Source of the DNA: Chlamydiia bacterium
Lineage (GTDB): Bacteria > Chlamydiota > Chlamydiia > Chlamydiales > JBMOFD01
DNA length: 21,201 nucleotides
NCBI GenBank assembly: GCA_049314435.1
Contig: JBMOFD010000031.1
Span: 1-21,201 of the forward strand
Direction: 5' to 3'
The notes below the pieces were generated by a model. The model was not told the DNA's origin and ran no database searches. It saw only the letters and a list, made by a program, of their open reading frames with translations. Below, piece after piece: positions 1 through 6,748 of the stretch (position 1 is the first letter of the stretch; every line of letters starts with the position of its first letter). A program made the position numbers and the translations under genes.

Positions 1-1
1 T

Positions 2-685
2 GCTGTTGCATTTGCCGTTGAACCACATCACACGCTGTGTGTGGGTCCTCAGGGGATCGTAGCTCACAATATCCTCTTTGTCGTTCCACTGGTGACTTGG
101 GTCATTGGTTCAGAAGTGGTATTTCTTAGCCTGAGCACGCTCACGATCACGGCAGCGTCCGCCTTGGCCTATTGGGGGATGTCGTCGGCAACGGATTCGT
201 TCAATAACCGTCGTTGGGGCTCAGGTGGCCCTGGGCCTTCAGACATCCTTTTGGATCGAACAAGATCATCCGACTACGGAGATGATGGGCTGAGTCCGTT
301 CGGCACCGGCCGACCTCCGACGTCCTCAGGTGGAAGGCCCCCTCAGGTGCCTATACCTGTTCCTGTAAGTAGCCAACCCTCCAAACGCTATGATCCTCCT
401 CCTCCACGAAACGCGAAGCATGGCAAAGATGCTCGTGGAGATATTAGCGCAGCCCCGAAGGACGGGCAGACGGCTTTGGATCGAGCTCTTCCCGATCCAC
501 GAGCTCCGAACAGTGAGAAGCTAACGGGATGGAGTAGTGGCCAGTTTGTGGAATTTCAGGAGACGTTGCCGAACTTGTACCATGGTTATGTCATCCCATG
601 GCGCGGAGTCCCCCAACCCGTGCGGAAGGCTTGGCAGGAAGCCGGGATTGTGACTGCAGGTGGACGTTTTATAGGCCAAAGCTAG
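2..685 (+). CDS. Polymorphic toxin, 3' part (5'-partial): Hint/intein-like C-terminal motif, hydrophobic segment, Gly/Ser/Pro linker and putative nuclease tip
   Basis: The frame of ORF 41..685 is open back to nt 2 and reads AVAFAVEPHHTLCVGPQGIVAHN|I, matching the Hint C-terminal consensus (vyn.eVe..HtyfVg..gilvHN). It continues with ~35 hydrophobic residues, a low-complexity linker and a ~100-aa tip (KH...SAAPKDGQTALD...GQFVEF..T...YHGY..W) resembling polymorphic toxin C-termini. Small paired genes follow immediately. Confidence 0.8.
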   Translation, partial: AVAFAVEPHHTLCVGPQGIVAHNILFVVPLVTWVIGSEVVFLSLSTLTITAASALAYWGMSSATDSFNNRRWGSGGPGPSDILLDRTRSSDYGDDGLSPFGTGRPPTSSGGRPPQVPIPVPVSSQPSKRYDPPPPRNAKHGKDARGDISAAPKDGQTALDRALPDPRAPNSEKLTGWSSGQFVEFQETLPNLYHGYVIPWRGVPQPVRKAWQEAGIVTAGGRFIGQS

Positions 686-714
686 CCCACCAGGGTTTTT
701 CGAAGGAGTACATT

Positions 715-1353
715 GTGAAGATCGACGACATGTCTTCAGCGCTGGTGTTGCCGGTTGGAGACGATGATGATCGAATGATCTGGCGCTGGGAAATCCCCTA
801 CGCGGACCTTTTCCCCGGCAATATAATGGAAGTAATGCTGGAGAGCCCATCGACCGACAGGAACTACAAATTGTATTCAGAGCTGGCCTGTGAGCTGTTC
901 GCCTACGATTTTGCCTTAGCCTTGAGTACTGTTCTAAGCTGCGAGGAGCCAGTCTGGCAGCAAGTCGAATCGGATCCAGGCCGGTTGGACTGTTTGCAAG
1001 CTCTCGACCTTCTTGGACCGGAGAATCGCAATAAGAGCTGGTGGTTAGCAGGAGCATGCGAGGTAAGGACGTCAGCGGAATGTCCGTACAGCAAGACAGG
1101 GGCAATTTCGGTATGGGTATATCCTGAGGGTGACTCATTTGTCTTCTCTATCACCACGAGTATGACACCATTTGTATTCACAGATGACATTGAAGATCCT
1201 CGACTAGAGGGCATAATCTACTATGCAAAGTACTATGAGGTGCTTTATCGGCAGAGGATTACGCGTTCCACGCTAGAGGAGTGGCTAGAGACGGTTCGGG
1301 CCTTTCTCCGCCATGTCTATGCCCAGGCTGGCTACCAGACTACAATCCCTTGA
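715..1353 (+). CDS. Candidate immunity protein, copy 1 (212 aa, acidic, no recognised family)
   Basis: GTG at 715 with AAGGAG at 703-708, 29 nt after the toxin stop. Same length as and colinear with 1433..2071. Immunity role is inferred from position. Confidence 0.7.
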   Translation: MKIDDMSSALVLPVGDDDDRMIWRWEIPYADLFPGNIMEVMLESPSTDRNYKLYSELACELFAYDFALALSTVLSCEEPVWQQVESDPGRLDCLQALDLLGPENRNKSWWLAGACEVRTSAECPYSKTGAISVWVYPEGDSFVFSITTSMTPFVFTDDIEDPRLEGIIYYAKYYEVLYRQRITRSTLEEWLETVRAFLRHVYAQAGYQTTIP

Positions 1354-1432
1354 GACTCAGAAAGAGAATGTCGCTGAGAAGCAATTTATAGGCCAAAGCT
1401 AGCCCAACGGGCTTTTCCGAAGGAGAGTATTT

Positions 1433-2071
1433 GTGAAGATCGACGACATGTCTTCAGAGCTGGTCTTTCCGCTGGGAGACAATGATGACCGCATGATCTG
1501 GCGCTGGGAAATCCCTTTTGCCGATCTTTTCCCGGCGAATATTATGACGGTAACGCTTGAGAGCGTTGCCACGGGAAGGTGCTTTCAGCTGCGTAGCAAG
1601 AACGCCTGTGAGCTATTTGCTGACGATTTTGCCTTGGCTTTGAGCACCGTTCTAAACTGCGAGGAGCCAGTCTGGCAGCAGGTTGAATCGGATCCAGGTC
1701 GGTTGGACTGTTTGCAGGCTCTCGACCTTCTTGGACCGGAGCATTGCGATAAGAGCTGGTATTTAGCGGGAGCATGCGAGGTAAGGACGACAGGGGAATG
1801 TCCGTACAGCAAGACCGGGTCAATTTCATCATGGCTATATCCTGAGGGTGATTCATTTATTTTCTCTATCACCACGAGCATGACACCATTTGTGTTCTCA
1901 GATGACATTGAAGATCCTCGACTAGAGGGCATCATCTGTTATGCAAAGTACTATGAGGTTCTGTACCGGCAGAGGCTTACTCGCGCTACGCTAGAAGAGT
2001 GGCTGGAGACGGTCCGTGGCTTTCTCCGACATATCTATGCTCAGGCTGGCTATCAGACTGAAGTCCCTTGA
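1433..2071 (+). CDS. Candidate immunity protein, copy 2 (212 aa paralog)
   Basis: GTG start with AGGAG at 1421-1425. About 37 substitutions in 212 aa relative to copy 1 by manual alignment, no indels. Confidence 0.7.
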   Translation: MKIDDMSSELVFPLGDNDDRMIWRWEIPFADLFPANIMTVTLESVATGRCFQLRSKNACELFADDFALALSTVLNCEEPVWQQVESDPGRLDCLQALDLLGPEHCDKSWYLAGACEVRTTGECPYSKTGSISSWLYPEGDSFIFSITTSMTPFVFSDDIEDPRLEGIICYAKYYEVLYRQRLTRATLEEWLETVRGFLRHIYAQAGYQTEVP

Positions 2072-2151
2072 CACTCCGAACGAGAATGTGGCTGAGAAGT
2101 AATTCAAGATGGTGTGAGCGGCGTAGCGGCTGTCTTTATTGAGGAGGACCG

Positions 2152-2325
2152 ATGGCAAGAAGTCGAAGCTATCAGGACTGGTTGATCGAGGAGCTGAAAG
2201 ACTGTGATAAGGCGGCGGCCTACCTGAGAGCGGCGTGGGAGGAAAGCTTGAAGGGAGATAGGAAATCACAGCAGCTTTTACAAGTGGCTATCAAAAACGT
2301 GGCTGAGGCTCAAAACGATCGGTAG
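2152..2325 (+). pseudogene. Truncated addiction-module antidote (HI1420-family-like) N-terminal half, 57 aa, lacking the HTH; pseudogene or mini-protein
   Basis: Not in the ORF track (<60 aa). GAGGAGG at 2141-2147, ATG 2152, translation MARSRSYQDWLIEELKDCDKAAAYLRAAWEESLKGDRKSQQLLQVAIKNVAEAQNDR*. The pattern L.d...aaaYL.aa.ee......l..al.nVAeAq is typical of this family, where a Cro-type HTH normally follows. Confidence 0.65.
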
Positions 2326-2340
2326 GCCTGTTTGGGTGGT

Positions 2341-3888
2341 CTAAAGCTCATCCAGTGATAGTTGCCTACGGTGGTGGTTTCGTACTCTGGCATGACCACG
2401 ACCTACATTCTCAGCACCTTTCCGTTGGTCTGTACGAGTTCTCACAGCCGTTTGTGGCTCGATCCCCATGATCAACATCTTCAAATGTCGGTACATGATC
2501 CTTAGTGGCGCGAGAGCCAGTGCAGGGAGGCACAACAGGATTGCGGCATATTTTCTGGGTACGGCGCCCACTGCGACAGCTCCAGCCCACTGTGCGCCGA
2601 AGAACATCCCGTGGAGTGGCGTGATGATGAGCATGAAGGCCTGGCTCGCAACCATGGCAAAGGTAAGCAGCATCACCGCAGCCGTACCCCAAAGAGCACG
2701 TTGTAGAGGCGACAGTTTCTTGTCATGAGCACGGCCGCAGGAGGCCGCAAAGGCCTTTTGAGGAGCCGATAGGATAGCGTGGAATAGAAGAACAAGACCG
2801 TAGGCTCCGGCCAGCAGCAGGCCCACTGCTCGTTTCCCAGGGGGAACACGGAGATAGGTTTGGTTGAATTTCGAGCCCGTAACCGACTTGGGCTTCCCGT
2901 GTAAGGGGACTCCAATATGGACGTGCGCCCGCGCTGGACCTCTCTTGTCTAGTCCTAGGATCACTCGCGCCTTGGCGGGAAGATGGCCAGACTTCGTTGG
3001 CACCACATCCGATTTGTGCGCATACACGGTGATCTTAGTTCTCGAACGACCCTTGCCCAGATGCTCAAAGAGTGCGTCGCCACCAGGTGAATCTGCATGG
3101 ACAGAGAGATATCTGGTAGCCGGCAAGGCCTGTTCGATGGCGCAAGCTGCGCGTAGGGCCAATGAACCACCCTGGCTATGCCCTATAACATCGATGCGCC
3201 CTCTGCTAGCCTCGACTTTTTCTAAGATCTCTTTCTGGATGTAGTCCCACTGTGCATAGCCGGGCCCTTTCCAAAAATTGTCGATGCGCGCCTTGTAGCG
3301 ACCGTTCGCTGTGCTCGGTGGAGTGCCGCGAAAGAGAATCAGAGGACCGATGCCAGCCATTTGGTGCTGTTGTTCATTGGAGAGCGATAAGTAGTAGGTG
3401 TTGCCTGGTTCCTCAAAGAGTGCACTCCCTTGAGCAATCAGTGTCAAATCATGTGGAGCTATGACCCACTGGTCGTTCACCGACCTAGGAAGCATGTGGT
3501 CTCCGTCATGATCCTCGGGATGGAAATAGGCGTACACAGCGATGGCGTGCTGGATCGCGTAGCGAAGGGCGTATTTGTCATGAGTGGCTTGATTCCGTAC
3601 GAGGTCAGCCATCTTGGAGAGCAATAGAGCTCGCACTTCAGTGCACAGTTCCTTGGGATAGGAGTGCTCTCCCTGTGTGCAAAATACGGCCGCCCAATTC
3701 GTAGAGTTGAAGTTCATCAGCATCCAGCTGTTGAAGATCTCGCCCACGTTGTACTCGCCGTTCGCGAAGTTCTCTTCCAAGAGAAATTGAACCAGGCTAT
3801 GAGCCAATTTTTTTGACTGACTTTGCGCAGCCGTCGGCAGCGCAGAAGGAGACGATGTTCCCATGTTGAGAGGCCGTACGTTGGACAT
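2341..3888 (-). CDS. Class-3 lipase-like alpha/beta hydrolase with C-terminal hydrophobic (membrane) segments; candidate effector
   Basis: LFRGT oxyanion motif, GHSQGG nucleophile elbow, DVVP acid motif and downstream His residues. Three to four hydrophobic stretches lie C-terminally, the N-terminus is Ser/Pro-rich, and AGGAG precedes the ATG. Confidence 0.75.
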   Translation of the reverse strand: MSNVRPLNMGTSSPSALPTAAQSQSKKLAHSLVQFLLEENFANGEYNVGEIFNSWMLMNFNSTNWAAVFCTQGEHSYPKELCTEVRALLLSKMADLVRNQATHDKYALRYAIQHAIAVYAYFHPEDHDGDHMLPRSVNDQWVIAPHDLTLIAQGSALFEEPGNTYYLSLSNEQQHQMAGIGPLILFRGTPPSTANGRYKARIDNFWKGPGYAQWDYIQKEILEKVEASRGRIDVIGHSQGGSLALRAACAIEQALPATRYLSVHADSPGGDALFEHLGKGRSRTKITVYAHKSDVVPTKSGHLPAKARVILGLDKRGPARAHVHIGVPLHGKPKSVTGSKFNQTYLRVPPGKRAVGLLLAGAYGLVLLFHAILSAPQKAFAASCGRAHDKKLSPLQRALWGTAAVMLLTFAMVASQAFMLIITPLHGMFFGAQWAGAVAVGAVPRKYAAILLCLPALALAPLRIMYRHLKMLIMGIEPQTAVRTRTDQRKGAENVGRGHARVRNHHRRQLSLDEL

Positions 3889-4055
3889 GGAGTTCTCCTA
3901 GTGTCGCTATATAAGTGCTATTGTAGCGAATAACCTTATAGTTTGCGTTAAGATGCAGTGAATTGCGCGGTATCGATCGAGGGGTCATTTTGTTTTATAT
4001 GGATCTTAGGGTGCAGAAGAGAGGTCAGTCATATGGATTCAACCAAGGTATAACC

Positions 4056-4688
4056 ATGGCTTCTCCAATTCCTCCTGTCCCCAATAGTGGCCGGACGCCT
4101 GAGTACTATGGCGCATTGAATGCGCAGAGTTCTGCTTCAGGCCCCCCGGGTACGACCCTTCCCGATGTGGCGGGTCTAGTGGCCTTTTTCCAGCACATTG
4201 ACCCCAATCTATCGGCGCGGCAGGCGACCACCATGGCTCAAGGGGTCCTGAGTAGCCTGGGTGTTGCAGCTGCGAGCCAGTCCACAGCAACAATGCAGAC
4301 GGGACATATTCTGACGTCTGGCTCTTCGACTGCGGGTGTTCAACGGGTAGCAGGGAGTCGTGTCAACGGGGCTAGCGATGCTGATCACGATGACCACGCT
4401 CTTGCGCAGAACGCCGTGGGATCCTCAGGACAAAGCACCGCTTCAGATAGGTCTGGATTCTCTACCCGTTCTGTCAACGCCTCTTCCGCATCCTCCGACA
4501 TACTGCTGCAAAACTTTTTTACGAGCCTGAATGATGCGGATGCCAGGAACCTAGCCAATGCTATTCATGCCAAGACCGGCTGGGAGAGCTTGCTAGGGAA
4601 CATCAGTGCTCCTTCATCGTCCTCAGGGCCCCACGGTGGACCTGGCTCTGCAGGAAGTGCTCCAGCAGCCGGCGGGACTGGCAAATAG
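4056..4688 (+). CDS. Ser/Ala/Gly-rich low-complexity hypothetical protein; candidate type III effector
   Basis: Long open frame (3963..4688). Probable start ATG 4056 after AAGG (MASPIPPVPNSG...). Followed by a strong hairpin. No recognisable domain. Confidence 0.6.
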   Translation: MASPIPPVPNSGRTPEYYGALNAQSSASGPPGTTLPDVAGLVAFFQHIDPNLSARQATTMAQGVLSSLGVAAASQSTATMQTGHILTSGSSTAGVQRVAGSRVNGASDADHDDHALAQNAVGSSGQSTASDRSGFSTRSVNASSASSDILLQNFFTSLNDADARNLANAIHAKTGWESLLGNISAPSSSSGPHGGPGSAGSAPAAGGTGK

Positions 4689-4707
4689 CTGTTCGTGCGT
4701 TCGATTG

Positions 4708-4753
4708 ACGAAGCAGCACATCGGTGCTCCAGAGCTGATGTGCTGCTTCGTTT
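4708..4753 (+). terminator. Long hairpin, probable transcription terminator or mRNA-stabilising stem
   Basis: acgaagcagcacatc (4708-4722) pairs perfectly with gatgtgctgcttcgt (4737-4751), 19 nt after the stop at 4688. The U tail is short. Confidence 0.6.
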
Positions 4754-4841
4754 CGGCCTATGCTAGTTTCGAGTGTTCCCTGATGTTATGCTACTCAAGG
4801 CGCTTTCAACCGATTGGTCGTTGAGATGCCCCGGGAGCATC

Positions 4842-5372
4842 ATGAGGGTAATTATTGCAGCACTCCTACTCTTCGTCGGATCGATGGGTTCCGCGTGCCC
4901 ATTTTGTGATCCACAGGTGTTAGCAGCCCAGGCTTTTTACGAAGACGAACTGGTTCTCGCTCTGGTCGATCGCAATCCTGCCTTTCCCGGACATTGCCTC
5001 ATAATTCCAAGACGTCATGTAGAGCGCTTTGATGAGCTCACCGAACAGGAAGCTCAGCACGTGTTCTCCGCTATTCGCATCACCCATCGTGCGGTGAGTG
5101 CTGTGTTTGGTACACGGGCCTATCTGCTGCTGGAAAAGAATGGCAAGGAGGTCGCGCAGGACATACCCCATGTCCACATGCATTACATTCCTCGCCGTGC
5201 CGGAGAGACCTCGCTCCTCCCGCTGATCTGGAATGTCACCACCCACGATCTTTGGGGTCGCCTGACGCCGCAGCAGATGGCCGAGCAGACGGCCCAGCTG
5301 AAAGGCTACCTTCAGGAGCACGGCATCTACTCCACCCATATCGAGTCTCATCGGGCCGCCGCGAGCTTGTAG
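4842..5372 (+). CDS. HIT-family nucleotide hydrolase with apparent N-terminal signal peptide
   Basis: CPFC Zn motif, PGHCLIIPRRH, NG..vaQ.iPHVHMHYIPR histidine triad. Likely start ATG 4842 after GGGAG. Confidence 0.9.
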   Translation: MRVIIAALLLFVGSMGSACPFCDPQVLAAQAFYEDELVLALVDRNPAFPGHCLIIPRRHVERFDELTEQEAQHVFSAIRITHRAVSAVFGTRAYLLLEKNGKEVAQDIPHVHMHYIPRRAGETSLLPLIWNVTTHDLWGRLTPQQMAEQTAQLKGYLQEHGIYSTHIESHRAAASL

Positions 5373-5438
5373 CTTCCCGGGAGGGGACAGCCTTTTCCAG
5401 GTCTTGATTCCACGAGTTCCTTCGTGAGGGTCTAATCA

Positions 5439-5500
5439 TTAAAATTTTATTATTGCTTAACGAGGGCGTGTTAAAATTAGAGCATTATTGTTTAACAAGG
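5439..5500 (+). promoter_or_regulatory. AT-rich promoter region with extended -10 (TGTTAAAAT, 5469-5477) and a duplicated motif
   Basis: ttaaaatt at 5439 and 5471; attattgYttaacRagg at 5449 and 5484. AT island in GC-rich context, directly upstream of a CDS. Confidence 0.45.
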
Positions 5501-5512
5501 ATGCTCTGTACG

Positions 5513-6658
5513 ATGACCGTTGTTCATTCAAGGAACGTATCGCCGACTAGTTCCGTTGGGACTTCAGTGCCTGCAGTGGATGCGCTGACTCAGGCTGGTG
5601 ATTTGACGCGCGTCGTTGCCTTTTCTGGGGTCAGCAAAGCTGGCGAGCCGTCAGGATTCTGGTCGAAGGTGTCCGCTTTAGCCACGAAGTCCGTTGCTGG
5701 GGTCAGCAAAGGACTGACTGCCGTCGTTGAACGAGTGGGTCTGAAAAAGAGCAGGTCCGTGACGACGGCCTCTCCGGCATCCTCCCATCAGGAGTCGGCC
5801 CGACTCACGGCGGCACTCACGTCTATATCAGAGAAGATCGCTAACACGCCTCAAGGCCAGCCAGTCGACTTGTTGGGAGTGGCCTTCCTGCAGCTGATGG
5901 ACGACGCCGGCTTGGACAATCATGACGGAGAGAAGGAGGGCCCCTTACTTGGCGGACCCTTCAGCCTCGAGAACCTCTTTAACGAGTTGAGTAACGAGCC
6001 GATTCTAGTGGAGGCTTGTGGACTAGTGACCCGTGATCTTGAATGCCCCTGGAGACAGGTAGAACAGGACTTTGTTCGGTGTGCGCTGACCATCCAGATC
6101 GACGGCCAGACAACGGATGGGGCCGATTTAGATAAGCCCGCGCAGCTAGCCCAGTTAAGGCAGGCGGCGGAGACGCTAGCGAGTGGTCTACAACGACTGC
6201 ATGCGCTACCCGATGCCCAAGGGGAAGAGGAGAGCTCTTCTTTGAGCATCGCGAAGAGTCTGATTGCCTTGACCCAGCATGGATCCTGGTCGCACGGTTT
6301 CGCGATCGGTCGGGCACTGCTTAATGGTGCGACCGATCGCGATGACTGGCGGTTAGAAAACGGAACAGTATTGAAACGCCGAGGAGGGGAGCTCTCTCCG
6401 GATCAGCTCCCTGGTGATCAACGACCACTCTCCCAGGCCTATCTGGTGCATGCCAACGGGCACACCCACCTTCAAATTCAGCACTCAGTCGCTTTCCTTC
6501 GTGAAGGTTCTACGGAGGCGGTCTTGCTGGATGCCCGTCATAAGGTGCCCCTGCCGGACACGACTCAGGTCATCAACGAGCCGAAGCGGCTGGGGGGCAC
6601 GTTTTCGCTCCACTGCCGAAGGATTACGCTCCCTGAGCCGCCCGCACCCATCGACTAA
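5513..6658 (+). CDS. Hypothetical protein with Ser/Thr/Val-rich N-terminus and globular C-terminal part; candidate effector
   Basis: Open frame 5453..6658. Plausible starts ATG 5501 or 5513 downstream of the AT-rich promoter. No motif recognised. Confidence 0.65.
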   Translation: MTVVHSRNVSPTSSVGTSVPAVDALTQAGDLTRVVAFSGVSKAGEPSGFWSKVSALATKSVAGVSKGLTAVVERVGLKKSRSVTTASPASSHQESARLTAALTSISEKIANTPQGQPVDLLGVAFLQLMDDAGLDNHDGEKEGPLLGGPFSLENLFNELSNEPILVEACGLVTRDLECPWRQVEQDFVRCALTIQIDGQTTDGADLDKPAQLAQLRQAAETLASGLQRLHALPDAQGEEESSSLSIAKSLIALTQHGSWSHGFAIGRALLNGATDRDDWRLENGTVLKRRGGELSPDQLPGDQRPLSQAYLVHANGHTHLQIQHSVAFLREGSTEAVLLDARHKVPLPDTTQVINEPKRLGGTFSLHCRRITLPEPPAPID

Positions 6659-6748
6659 AGCCAGCCTGCTTCTTTAGCGAAATCGGCAGATTTAACGAAG
6701 CCTTCATACTTTTAGGCTAAAATAGAGGGAGCACATGAGGAGCGAGCG

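Larger units (their letters stand above)
668..2104 (+). repeat. Head-to-tail tandem duplication, unit ~717-718 bp (668..1386 and 1385..2104)
   Basis: Both units start tttataggccaaagctagccca (668, 1385) and end ga-a/c-gagaatgt-c/g-gctgagaag-c/t-aatt (1386, 2104). Each contains one immunity-like gene. Confidence 0.92.

Noticed and set aside
41..43. GTG start assigned to the first ORF
   Set aside because: It lies inside the Hint motif and the frame is open to the window edge, so it is an internal Val.
598..714. N-terminal extension of ORF 598..1353 overlapping the toxin
   Set aside because: The paralog and the SD position both indicate the real start is GTG 715.
521..1935. Pairs of similar minus-strand ORFs (521..1138/1542..1856 and 903..1214/1585..1935)
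   Set aside because: Antisense shadows of the duplicated plus-strand genes; their similarity follows from the DNA repeat.
668..2104. Repeat considered as CRISPR or IS-related
   Set aside because: Only two gene-sized units, with no short repeat-spacer periodicity, terminal inverted repeats or transposase.
5625..5711. 15-bp direct repeat ctggggtcagcaaag (5625, 5697), in frame, encoding GVSK twice
   Set aside because: Real but only a small internal duplication in a low-complexity N-terminus; no further copies seen.
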